A DNA stretch of 64,000 bases from assembly GCA_020137815.1 (NCBI GenBank), contig CM035358.1:3162001-3226000 (forward strand), in the 5' to 3' direction. Under the pieces are notes generated by a model. The model was not told where the DNA came from, did no database searches, and saw only the letters and a list, made by a program, of their open reading frames with translations. This stretch comes from Hormiphora californensis (taxonomy: Eukaryota > Animalia > Ctenophora). Each line of letters begins with the position of its first letter. Position 1 is the stretch's first letter. Shown piece by piece: positions 1 to 12,909 of the stretch. Position numbers and translations under genes: made by a program.

Positions 1-578
1 ATAGCATGTTGGCTTCAAGTTTTGAGGAAGGTCGAACCCGAACCATAACCGTTCCCTCAGCCCCTCAGCGCATCTTGGAGGCCCTCAAGCTGATTCTGGG
101 TGAGGAGTGGACGGGAGTTGAAAAAAATGCTACATTAAAAGAGGTTTGGGAATGGATGTTGCCGTGGGCAACCATGTACCAGGTCGACGGAGTGTTTGAA
201 TATCTTGTGGAGGCGATGAGTAGGAACAATCAGTCTCAAGATTCTAAGCTGTCCGATGATTGGTTGGTTGAGTTTGCGATTCGGAGTAAGCATCCAGCGT
301 GGATAATGTTGGTATATGACAGGTTTGTCCTTGTTGAAACCCTAAATCTACCATCTCGGGATCTAATCTTCGCAATAACTGAACTGATCAACGCAGTAAA
401 GGACACTGATAACTATCTAGTGAATATTATAAGGTTTTTTACTTGCCCAAATCTTTTTGATGAGGTTGACGATGTGTCTGTACCAGATATAATTCCAGAA
501 ATCAGGAAATGTGAAAAGTATAAATACTATGATCAGTTTAATTATGATTATGGGCACAGTGATTTTAGTGACCGTTGA
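1..578 (+). CDS. BTB/POZ-domain protein, tandem copy 1 (3' part only; 5' end outside window)
   Basis: Reads SMLASSFEEGRTRTITV...LPWATMYQVDGVF, a BTB-like pattern, and is nearly identical to the C-termini of copies 2 and 3. Ends in an acidic/Tyr-rich tail. Confidence 0.7.
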   Translation, partial: SMLASSFEEGRTRTITVPSAPQRILEALKLILGEEWTGVEKNATLKEVWEWMLPWATMYQVDGVFEYLVEAMSRNNQSQDSKLSDDWLVEFAIRSKHPAWIMLVYDRFVLVETLNLPSRDLIFAITELINAVKDTDNYLVNIIRFFTCPNLFDEVDDVSVPDIIPEIRKCEKYKYYDQFNYDYGHSDFSDR

Positions 579-799
579 TGAAAAGTACGGCAATTGGTGG
601 TAGCTGTAAACAACTTTCTATATATTGTAACCAGTATTGGGACCAAACTTGTTTTTTAACTAGCATCTTTTATCATTTACATATTAACTTTTATATTCTT
701 TAGCTGTTGCATTACAATTTTATTGTTACAGTAGAGTGTGTTTTAAATTCAAACCCCAATTTACCGGACGTCCTAATCCCTTGACCTAATAATATATTA

Positions 800-1003
800 A
801 CACTGTCGTTTGTAGTGGAGAAACGATGTCGCAACACTGTAATGAAAAGCACACTTTACGTAGAGTGAAGGTACTAAAGCAAACTTGTTCAGCTAGATCA
901 GACTGGACATGACATCAACATGCGTTAATTACCCGTGCGCTAACTAAAATGTACGTCTCATTACGGTCTTGTGATACCGTTTATCCACTACAAGCGGCCG
1001 TGT
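800..1003. mobile_element. Degenerate MITE with TA target duplication
   Basis: Imperfect TIRs acactgtcgtttgtagtggagaaacg / cgtttatccactacaagcggccgtgt, flanked by TA. Absent from the homologous spacer between copies 2 and 3. Confidence 0.65.
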
Positions 1004-1190
1004 TAGATTGCTGGAACTCAAAAATCCCTTGAAGTTGCAGATTCTGCCCAATTCAGTCCCCGCCCTTTGCTTTACCATCGAACCACCTATGATAGTACAT
1101 GAGCCCCTTAAATTCCTTCCTCTCGACTACATGCACCCTAGAATCGACGCATTCTAACTCACTTTCTCTCCCCCTTGTAGGACGTCTTTC

Positions 1191-3621
1191 ATGACTGAAC
1201 CACCTGCCAAACGCCGTGCTCGATGCATCGAAAGCTATTGTGAGGATCTTCGTGGCCTACTGGTGAAGAGTCCAGACCTCTGGGACTTCAAAGCAATTCA
1301 GAAAGTTCTCAACGACATTTTTCGACTGTACTGTAAATCTAGCAATAAGACTAAGGAGCTAAAAGACTCCACTTTCCCTTACTCAATTCCCATCCTGATT
1401 TCCCGCAAGAACCTTCCTCCGCCTGTTATTAACAGCCTTCTTAAAATCTTGGTTGAGATGACACTGTACGATAACTCCTACTGGAAGGAATGTTACCGGT
1501 CTTTCGTCATCGATAACTTCTTGCCACTTCCAGCTTGTTACCTTCAATCCTTGAGGTTTCTCAACAGCACTAAGGGACTTTCTGTTCCCCTCTCAGCCGT
1601 TCAAGAAGTGTTTCGATATCTCGAATTAAAGATGACGTCTAAGAAAACTCTGCCTAAAAATGATAGACTGATATATTCTGAGTTGGCCAAAATGATAGGC
1701 AACTTTGAACGTGGGAAAGAAACAGAAAAATTTATGACCCTGCTAATTTCTGTCGCAGAATTGAACTCTAAACTCCATTGCCTGGATGGTAACATCGTGT
1801 TAGGTATTACCAAAAAGGTGCTCAGCTACATTAACTTGAGACATAATCTTGTTGGGAGAATGAAGAAAATTCTTGGTGATTTGGTTGAGGAAATATGTGT
1901 TTTGTCTCCAGGTAAGCTAGCTGAACTCTACATGTTCACGAATGGGGAATGCCAAAATGACGTTATACAAAACTGCAGAAGTGAGCAGAAACAAAGCGTT
2001 TGCCAGCGTCCTTAATGAGAGAAGCGCTGACATGAGATCTGATAAGGTTATCGAGGCGGTTCGGAACATAAATCGGAAGGGACTGCCCATTGCCGAGGAG
2101 ATTTACCAGGCTCTGTCTTCTTTTGTATCGGAACCCCGTGAATCTATAGAGTACTGGGCAAAAGCTTCACGTGATGCCCTCTATATCTTCCTGGAGAGAG
2201 GGAAAGTAAGGATATCCGAGGAATCCCATAAGAAACAACTCCAGGAGGCCATCATCAAGTTTCTAAGAGCTCTTCGCGACTTGGTTTGTACCACTGAATC
2301 AGTTAAGGAGGTGGTAGTCAAAATTACGCACGATGTCATTGGCTTGGCTGAGGACGAAGTATTCCGTGTTGCTCTGACCGATGATCATATCACTCTTGTC
2401 ATGGACTTGTTTGCTAAATATGGAACCTGGTTCACCAGATTATTTCCAAATTATAATTTGAATCTTGGCTTCAAATCATGCCGATCTATACTTTGGCAGA
2501 TTTCCACGCATTCATTATTGAAAAATAGTTGGTATTCGTGACATTTACAAGCTACGAAAGGCTCCTTGATTTCAAGGGTATTTGGGATTTTGGCGCTGTG
2601 AAAGTTCTTCCTAAGGAAGACATTCTCTCAATCTTGGCCAATCTTCAGTGAAACATCTCCGAACGATTATCTGGTGATACTCTCCGAACTCTTTCTTCAA
2701 AAATCTATTGATGCTCCTATTTCTCCTAAGGCCAGGAACTCTTTAGATAAAGAAGATTCTAAGTCCCTCGTTACTTCCGTCTGTGAAAGCATTGATCTGA
2801 GTGAGACTGATCCTCCGAAGTTACTTCTTCGACTATTCCTCTGTCTTGTCCGGTATTTCCAAAGTGCACAGACTAAGTTTGGGCATCCAAGAGAGGAAAA
2901 GTCTCCCAAGAAGGGTCAGACAAATGGGACAGTGAGAATCCTTGGAGAGGAAGGGGCACCAGGGGTGGAGGTCACCGAACAAGATCTGTCATCTCCCATT
3001 CTGAAAAGCATGTTGGCTTCAAGTTTTGAGGAAGGTCGAACCCGAACTATAACTGTTCCATCAGCCCCTCAGCGCATCTTGGAGGCCCTCAAGCTGATTC
3101 TGGTTGAGGATGTGAAGGGTGTTGAAGAACATGCAACACTGAAAGAGGTCTGGGAATGGATGTTGCCGTGGGCAACCATGTACCAGGTCGACGGAGTGTT
3201 TAAATATCTCGTGGAGGCGATGAGTAGGAACAATCAGTCTCAAGATTCTATGCTGTCCGATGATTGGTTGGTTGAGTTTGCGATTCGGAGTAAGCACCCA
3301 GCATGGTTAATGTTGGTATATGACAGATTTGTCCTTGTTGAAACCCTAAATCTGCCATCTCAGGACCTAATCCTCGCAATAACTGAACTGATCAACGCAG
3401 TAAAGGACACTGATAACTATCTGGTTAATATTATCAGTTATTATTGCCAACAGCAATTTTCTGAGGATAAGAATGAATATGAGTTTGTATCAAGTCTCCC
3501 GAAAATTGTTTACTCGGGTAATCTTGCAAGTTCTAAATATTTTAATAGTGATAATTATGAATATGGAGACAGTGATTACAGTGTCAGTGACTCTGATGAA
3601 GAGTACGGTAATTGGTGGTAG
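1191..3621 (+). CDS. ~800-aa helical-repeat + C-terminal BTB protein, tandem copy 2 (split by frameshifts)
   Basis: ORFs 1191-2015, 1942-2541 and 2674-3621 are collinear with copy 3. N-terminal NLS-like PPAKRRAR; BTB-like SPILKSMLASSFEEG. Frame breaks near 1945 and 2480-2650. Acceptor-like ctctcccccttgtag ends at 1180. Confidence 0.65.
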
Positions 3622-3931
3622 CTGTAAAACACTTTCTACCAGTTGGGACCAATCTTGTTTTTAAACTAGCATCTTTTTATCAATTACATTTTAACTTCTA
3701 TATTTTTCAGTTTTATAATTCATTTTATTGTTACAGTAAAGTGTGTCTTAAATTCAAACCCCGATATACCAGACATCCTAGTTCCCTGACCTCTGCCCAA
3801 ATCAGTCCCCACCTGCACCCTTTGCTTTACCATCTAACCACCTCTGATAGTGCATGTACCCCTTCGCCCACATACGCCCTAGAATCGACACTTTCTAACT
3901 CACTTTCTCTCCCCCTTGTAGGATGTCTTTC

Positions 3932-6327
3932 ATGACTGAACCACCTGCCAAACGCCGTGCTCGATGCATCGAAAGTTATTGTGAGGATCTTCGTGGCCTA
4001 CTGGTGAAGAGTTCAGACCTCTGGGACTTCAAAGCAATTCAGAAAGTTCTCAGCGACATTTTTCAACTGTACTGCAAATCTTGGAAGATGATTATTGATC
4101 TAAAAGACTCTACTTTTCCTTACTCATTCCCCATCCTGATTTCCCGCAAGAACCTTCCTCCGCCTGTTATAAACAGCCTTCTTAAAATTTTGGTCCATAT
4201 GAAACATTATGATAACACCTTATATCGGTACCGTTCTTTTGTCCTCGATAACTTCTTACCGCTTCCAGCTTGTTACCTTCAATCCTTGAGATTTCTTAAC
4301 CACTGCACTAATGGACCTTCTATTCCGCTCTCGGCCATTCAAGAAGTATTTCACTATCTCGAATCAAAGATAGCGTCTAAGAAAACTCTGCCTAAAAACG
4401 ATAGACTGATCTATTCTGAGTTGGCCAAAATGATAGTTATTTTTGGGAATGCGATTATGATCGATGTGCAAAGGGACGAATTTGTGGTCCTGCTTAACTC
4501 TGTCGCTGAGTTAAACTCTAAAACACATTTCCTGGACGGTGACTCCTTGTTAAGTCTTGCCGAAACTGTACTCAGCTATATTAACATGAGGCATAATTTT
4601 GTGGGGAAGCTGAAGGAAACTCTTGGTGATTTGGTTGAGGAAATATGTGCTTTTGTCCCCACAGTAACCTAGCTGAACTCTATATGTTCACTAATGGTTA
4701 TGCCAAAATAACTTTATACGAAACAGCAGAAGCGAGCAGAAACAAAGCCTTCGTCAGTGTCCTGAATGAGAGAAGTGCTGACAAGAGGTCTAATAAGGTG
4801 ATTGAGGCAGTTCGGAACATTAATCGTAAGGGACTGCCCATAGCCGAGGAAATTTATCAGGCACTGTCTTCTTTTATATCGGAACCCCGTGACTCTATGA
4901 ACGACTGGGTTAAAACTTCGCGTGATGCCCTCTATATCTTCCTGGAGAGAGGGAAACTAAGGGTGTCTGAGGAATCCCAGAAGAAACGACTTCAAGAGGT
5001 CATCATCAAGTTTCTAAGAGCTCTTAGCGACTTGGATTGTACCACTGAATCAGTTAAAGAGGTGGTAGCCAAAGTTACGCAAGAGGTCATTGGCTTGGCT
5101 GAGGACAGAGTATTCCGTATTGCTCTAACTGATGATCATATCACTCTTATCATGGACTTGTTTGCAAAGTATGGAACCTGGTTAACTGATTGGGGTCTTG
5201 GCTCCAAATCATGCTTATCCTTTACTCTGGAAGATTTCCACTACATCCGTTTCTGAAAAGTGTTGGTATTCGTGATATTAAAAACGTACGGCGTGATCTT
5301 TATTCAAAGAAGTTATGGGATTTTGGCGCTGGTCATCAGGAGGAACCTTCTTACACAGCTGACCAATTTTCGTGAATCATCCCCAAACGATTATCTGGTG
5401 AAACTTTCCGAATTCTTTCTGCAACAAGCAATTGCTGATTATAGTTTCGGGGCCAGAACCCTCGTTCATTCCGTCTGTGAAATCATTGATCTGAGTGAGT
5501 CTGATCCTCCAGAGTTACTTCTTCGACTATTCCTGTGTCTTGTCCGGTATTTCCAGGGTGTAGATACCGTGTTTAGGTGTGCGAGATGGGGGCAGAACAG
5601 TAGACATATTAACAAATTATATCTTTCTAAGGAGATTAAAGTTAAGGAGATGGTTAGAATCCTTGGAGAGGAAGGGGCACGAGGGGTGGAGGTTACCGAA
5701 CTAGATCTGTCATCTCCCATCCTGAAAAGCATGTTTGCTTCCAGCTTTGAGGAGGGTCGAACCCGAACTATAACTGTTTCCTCAGCCCCTCAGCGCATCT
5801 TGGAGGCCCTCAAGCTGATTCTGGTTGAGGAAGGGAAGGGTGTTGAAGAACATGCGACTCTGAAAGAGGTCTGGGAGTGGATGTTGCCGTGGGCGACCAT
5901 GTACCAAGTAGAAGAAGTGTTTGAATATCTTGTGGAGGCGATGAGTAGGAACAATGAGTCTCAAGATTCTATGCCGTCCGATGATTGGTTGGTTGAGTTT
6001 TCGATTCGGAGTAAGCACCCAGCGTGGTTAATGTTGGTACCTGACAGATTTATCCTTGTGGAAACCCTAAATCTACCATCTCAGGACCTAATCCTCGCAA
6101 TAACTGAACTGATCAACGCAGTAAAGGACACTGATAACTATCTGGTGAACATGATCAATTATTATGTTTGTCAACAGCAAAACAGGAGTGAAAGTAGCCT
6201 TTCCGTACCAAATATTCTCACGAAAATCCGTTATCTTCAAAGTATCAAATATTTTGATCGTGATAATTACAATTATGGTGAGAGTGATTACAGTGAACAT
6301 GGTTACTCTGATGAAGAATATTTTTAG
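3932..6327 (+). CDS. Helical-repeat + C-terminal BTB protein, tandem copy 3 (split by frameshifts)
   Basis: ORFs 3923-4672, 4645-5256, 5190-5375 and 5260-6327 are paralogous to copy 2 and have the same upstream acceptor-like motif. Confidence 0.65.
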
Positions 6328-6739
6328 GCATTTTTATTTAAACTGAACTGATCAGCGCAGTATTATATTTAAGGACACTGTAACTAACCGGTTAATACTA
6401 TCCGTTACGCACCAGTTACAGATTGATACCCTGATATCAGGGGGGCGCTCCCTGATATCAGGGCACGGTGCGTTCGTGCATCATGATGCCCGGGCCTGCA
6501 GATGGTTCTGTGGGAACCATGTGACATTGCTGGGTGTCACGTAAATTGAATGGAAAGTACAGCTAACGTGCATGTCAGCACTCACTTGCTTGCCGACCAT
6601 ACAGCTTGGGAACTGATGCCTGGGAATCTCTAACTGGTGCCTTATTGTTTTTGCCACCATCATTTTAACCACATGAGAGTGAGGGTGAGTTTGTAATAGA
6701 TATATTTCTAAAAATCAGGAACTGTGAGAAGCGTACCAG

Positions 6740-6934
6740 TGGTGCTTGTAGATACGGTAATGGCATTACAGTAATGGTGGGGAAATTACGTAACGTGTGG
6801 GTAATAAACACAAGTTAATGTCATATTTAGCTTGATCTAGCTGAAAAAATCGGGCTTTATACCCGTGTGCTAAGTAAAGTGTGCGTCTCAATACGGTAAT
6901 GCCATTAGAGTATCTCTACTACAAGCGACCGTGT
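6740..6934. mobile_element. Degenerate relative of the 800-1003 MITE
   Basis: Shares acccgtgYgctaa..aa.tgt.cgtctca.tacggt and ctacaagcgRccgtgt with the 800-1003 element. Confidence 0.5.
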
Positions 6935-7382
6935 GATACTTTGATCATGATAATTATGATTGTGGTGAAAGTGAACAGTTAGCCAATGTTTAGTATTCTT
7001 AGGCATTTTCTGTCTAATCAAATTAACTTTTTCTTCAATATTCAGCTGCTTTCTCGCCTAACTGAGATTTTTTTTGATATTAATTTAATCAGTTGTTTAC
7101 GTGTCTGTACCTGGGAAAATCCCCGATCCGAACCTAATTTTAACAGTTAAATCCACCCATCACGAAGCCCATAAAAACGAAACTAAATCTGCCCCAACTG
7201 CTGACAAAGACGTGCCAACTGGGTTTATTTGTCGTTAGATAAGCACAAGAGACAGCTGTACAAACAAAATTCCAGTCTTACCTTGGAAGTTACATAGATA
7301 GTAGAGACTAGAAGTAGATAGGTATAATCATTAAAGAAGTAATATTGGATCAAACCGTTGTTTGTTGGATATTAGAACTTAC

Positions 7383-10300
7383 CATCCAGTATACGTTGGT
7401 GGGTTCCTCGTCAGCATTTACTAGTTCACACTTTACAGTGGAGAGGGCGGGAGAGAACTGGAGAGCAGCACCACCATACCCGTAGATAACTAGAGAACGG
7501 GAGATAACGTGATAGATAACTAGAGAGGGAGGGAGGTAACATAATAGATAACTAGAGAACGGGAGATGACGTCAAGTGTGATATATAGCAGAAAGCGGGA
7601 GATAACGTGATAGATAACTAGAGAGGGAGGGAGGTAACATAATAGATAACTAGAGAGAGGTGATAGATAGCTAGAGAAAGAGAGATGAGGAGAAATACAG
7701 CAAAAAGAATAATTTAACAGAGCATTGACTCCACAGTATAGTTTACACTTACATTGGACCTTGAGCTCAGTTTCCTCAGACAGCTCAAATTCACCACTAG
7801 TTCCTGACTTGAACTGGAAGACACATTTGTAATCTCCCTCCTCTGTGACCTTCTTCACTTGTAGAGTATATATCACCCCTCCATCTCCATCATCCATTAG
7901 TTTGGGTAGATATTCCTCTGTCTCTGCTGTTATCTTCTTGCCCTTGTACTGCCAATAGGTCTCGTCTGGAGAGTCCTTGATACTGGATACATTACATGTC
8001 AACACAGTACTCTGATCAACCACACCATAGTGAGCCTCGCTAGTAGTCACACCTGGATAGAAGGGGTGTTGGAATAGAGGGTGGGAAGTGTGATCACCAT
8101 CTCTCTATCACTGGTACCAATATGACACAAAATAAGACGAATAGGAGACTACTAAAAAATAAGACAACTAACCTACAACGTCCAGGTTTATCACTTTCTC
8201 CACATTATTCCCTACATCCCAGCCTACTACACAGGTGTAAGAGGAGTCACTCTTTACATCGACTATTGTAGCTGTTAGGTTCTGAAAATTTAGGAGTATA
8301 GTATATATATATATACTCAGTATACCATTGAAAATACATACCGTGTTGGGCAAAAAAAATGTCCCCCCTAGACTAGCATAGTTCCAGATATCGTAGAGCT
8401 CTAAAATTTTACACAGTTACTCTATGGGACAAATAAATAGGTTCCACAAAATTTCAGACTTTTAGCTCAAAGTTCATTTTTGTGATCGGAATGAACATTG
8501 TCATTCATTCCAAAAAACATGATTATTCGGTCCAGAAGTCAAGCAATTATCTTTGGCTATCGATTTTCTTTCAAATGCGACCAAGAAAAGCCAAAACGGA
8601 CAACCACAAGGCAACCAGTGGTCATGTTTCTGACAGTTAGTCAGGTCATATGATCCCCACCGAATCGAGAATTGCTAATCAGGCTTAGTGGGCAAGAATC
8701 ACGTATCACAGTCGCTAATGAGGGATGTGTATCGAAAAAGCGACATGTGATTCGAGAGCACTTGGGTAAAGAGGCCACTTGTTCTCCACCACTAAGCCTG
8801 ATTAGCAATTCTGAATAAGTTACACGATTCGGTGGGGATCACATGACCTGACTAACAGTCAGAAACATGACCACTGGTTGCCTTGTGGTTGTCCGTTTTG
8901 GCTTTTCTTGGTTGCATTTGAAAGAAAATCGAGAGCCAAAGACAATTGCTTGACTTCTGGACCGAAAAATCATGGTTTTTGGAATGAATGTCAATGTTCA
9001 TTCCGATCAAAAAAATGAACTTTGAGCGAAAAGTCTGAAATTTTGTGGAACCTATTTATTTGTCCCATAGAGTAACTCTGCCAAGTTTTAGCCCTCTACG
9101 ATATCTGGAACTATGCTAGTCTAGGGGGGACATTTTTTTTGCCCAACACGTTATATTGACTACACAGTTAGTAAGTAAATGAAAGTATGTGTGAGATAGA
9201 GATAGCAGCCAGAGAAGATCTTGTTCCGATAAACGAAAGTTAGTAACTAAAGTAAGTAAGTAAAGGTAGATTATAGTGAGTCTTATATTCAGGAACCGAC
9301 CGAACCAAGTAAACAACCAATCAGAGCTCGCTATTTAGGTCACGTGACTGGTTATCAGCCAATCGGGGACCAGTATTTCCTGATTCGGTCGGTTCCTGCT
9401 TATATTACCATGGTCCCATCAAGCAGATTAGTTTTGATAACTTCCTCTGTTATTGAACTACCATCCTGAGTCAGAGAGAATACAGCCGGTACCTCTGTCA
9501 GACCCTTCAGCCCACATTTCAAAGTGACGTTACTGTTTGGCGTTGCAAATATCTCACTTGCAGTGATATCTGTAGTAGGATAGAAAGTTGTTATGTTCTA
9601 ACCCTCCTTTACCTGTATGGCTCAGATCGGGTCGGCGGGGCCAGACAGTCCTTTACAACATTTGTTCGGAGTGAGAGAGGGTCGAGCAAGACAAGATAGA
9701 AATATAGATCATGTGTTAATCAAAAAAGTCGTCAAGGCAAGAATTAAAATGAAAAACAACTCCAAACCTACCAACAATAGAGATAACTGCGTTGTTACTA
9801 GTAACTACCCCTGCTTCTAATGCACCCTGTTCCGGATAGGACGCTTTACAAGTGTAGGTGCCACCATCACTATCTGCCCCTGTCACCTAGTGGATCAAGT
9901 AACCAGTATTATATTATAGTGTAGTGAGGGACTCAGCTACAACGTCTCTCAAGACTGAAGTGTACCTTCCATAACTCCCTCAACTCTCAAGTGCTGGTTG
10001 GTTGGTTTTACTGTACCTCGCACTGCAAATCACTTAAGTTAATACCTAGCTCATGTGTTTACCTTCCAAAGTATTTCGTTTTGTTGGTTAGCTGAGATAC
10101 TGTTGTCGCCACTTATCTTTGTGTTGTCTTTGTACCAAGCCCAGGTGCCAGTAAAAGTAGAGGATCCTAGTTTGCATGTCATTGTGTACGCCTCTCCTTT
10201 CACTATGTTACCTCCTTTAGGCTGGATCATGAAGTCTGGGGAGGAAGGTAATGGGGAGGATTAGTCGGAGAAGTCAGGAGAAGTTCTACAGATTAAATTA

Positions 10301-12858
10301 GGGGGCCATCTGAAATAGGACTGTAACCTTTCTGTACCTATAATATTGACAGAGGCAGTAGTAGAGATACTGCCACCCTGGAATGCTCCAGAGGCAGTGT
10401 ACAGTGCTGTACAGTTGTATGTTCCACCTTCAGTCACCTAGGGAGATAGGGATAGTGATGGTTAGAATGAAAGGTTTTGAGTATCTCTGATACCTCTTTA
10501 AGATCTCTTATTCTCCAGCAGCTAACTACCTATAACACTAATGTACCGTGTATTCACTGTTGTATTCATTATTACTGTATGTCTTGTTTCCCTCCTGCTC
10601 CAGATCTCCATCACTGTCATACCAGTTTATTTTGGCTTCATAAGACAAGTTTTCTATACCACAAGTCAGGACAGTGGTCTGCCCTTTTAGTACCGTGGTT
10701 CCAGTAGGCTTTAACCGGAAATCTAACGAAGTTAGGGAGTTATTAAACGCCACTCACACATGTGTTGTGTTGTGCCAGTCTAAGTGGGTTGGGCGAACCG
10801 TCCGTGGTGGATGAAGGTCCCAGTGCAAAGATCTTAAAAAATGCTGCGAATCTAAAAATTTTATCGAAAATTTGCTCCCACCAAATTTTGAAGGTCACCT
10901 CAATAACATTAATTGTGTTTAACAACTATGTTTTTGTGGTCAGCATTAGAGAAAAAATGTTTAAATTATTTTGCATAAACGAGGAAAATGTTTTAAAAAA
11001 ATAAGATTTATCGGGGTTCGAACCCACACAGGTGCTCGCTTCTGATATCATGGGTAATCGCCTTAACCACTCGACCACTGAGGCTAATGAATTTTATCCG
11101 TTCATATATGTGCGCGCGACATGGCAGCATGGTTGTCATAGCTACACTTCTTCTGCTGCCTCATCTGCTGCTGCTAGATTAGGCAGCATTAGCAAAATAC
11201 GAATTTCGCGACTGAGATGAGGTAGAGATACCAAATTTCGTACCCCGACCTATTTTTCGACGCTCAACACGATGCACGTATCTATTTCACTCCACGATGT
11301 CTAGTTTTTGCTGTACAGCGAATTTTTGCTACTTTTAGGTGTTTATTTACTAATTTTTTGCTGCTAACTAAATTCGCAAATTAGCACAATCTTTGCACTG
11401 GGATGAAGGTGGTTTGCAGCTGATGGCTGCAGTGTTCCTCACGTTTTCCGGAGTTGTATCAGACATTCAGGACAAGGAACCCTCAAATTAATTTGTTTAA
11501 AGTAGTGTCTGATAAAACTCTGGAAAACGTGAGGAACACCGCAGCCATCAGCTGCAAACCACCTTCATCCACACACTTTTCACCACTGATACAACCATGG
11601 TTACCATGGTAATAGTCGATGGGGGTTGACTATAACTCTCAACGCATCTAGCCTCTGCCATCAAGTTACCATGGTAACATATCTCTCAAGACTAACCGAT
11701 AATAGAGATCGTAGCACTTGAACTATCAACATTCCCACCGTTAAATCCAGTAGCAGTAGCAGTACTCTGCCCTACACCAATACACACCCGCTTCAGTAAC
11801 CTGTAACAGAGAAAATAGGAATGCTTCGGACATAGCTTGTAGAAATATAATAACAACTGGGAGATCTGTTTCAAAACGGCAGACAATATCGAGCACTAAG
11901 TAGGTAGTACCTCTCTTTCCTAAGTTGGTTGTTTGAACCTCACTCCCCAGATGCAGTGCCATCCTTGTACCACTGCAGTTTGGGTGTGTAGGGGGTGGAG
12001 GACGGGAGAACACAGCTGAGTTTCAAACTACCAAGTATGGGTGTGGTCTGGGGGCTAGTGGTGAAGTCTATAACTTTTAAAGGGGCAGTAGTACTGACAC
12101 CCATGCTGTGTTTACAGGTATAGTTTGTGTCAGAGGTAGGGACGGAGGAGAGGGAGAGGACTGTGTTATTAGTTGAACTGTCGAATGTGTAGGAGTCAGT
12201 GGAGATGGATCCAGAACTAGTGCTCCATGATATATCATCCTTCTTGATCTCTATATTCGCCTGAAACAGAGAGGGATGTTAGCCTGACCCTCTTTTACCC
12301 AGTAATAAAGGAGGGTTAGAACATTAGGAGGAGATGTTTGGTTGGCAAACATAAATCATAGGACAAAATGGGGTTCAATACATACCTCTATAGCGCAGGT
12401 TATTTTTGCTGAGGATTGGGCGAGTTTCACTACATATTTGGTCTCTCCTGTCACGTACACTGAAACAGAAGTTCAAGTTAGAAAATTTGAACTAGGCTGT
12501 GAAAATACCCGTGATACTCTCTCTCCCATTGGTTTGAAACAGACGAAGATGATACCGGAGACAGGTGTGTGTGTGGGACTCATTAGATTCAGTAGATGCA
12601 ATGTGAAACCGTGTGAAATACATCCTCATTGACATATTAGTGTACATTGTAAAATTTTGAGATATAATTAATAATATAATTCTTTAGGTAGCACTGCTTG
12701 TACAACTTATAACACCCCCCAGTGTTATAAGTTTTCACTTATAACACCCCCCAGTGATACATGAAAACTTATAACACTGCTGCACTTCGAACTCCTTACT
12801 CCACTGTTTCTGTCACACTTAAAAACCGTTGGAAAGATAAGCGTGTACGAACTCTCTC

Positions 12859-12909
<51 letters not shown>

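Larger units (their letters stand above)
10806..11572. mobile_element. Palindromic MITE interrupted in its left TIR by a younger element
   Basis: gtggatgaaggt|ggtttgcagctgatggctgc...gcagccatcagctgcaaaccaccttcatccac. Confidence 0.8.

Noticed and set aside
1930-4680. Programmed ribosomal frameshifting in the BTB genes
   Set aside because: The breaks fall at different positions in the two paralogues, and similar +1 errors occur in dynamin.
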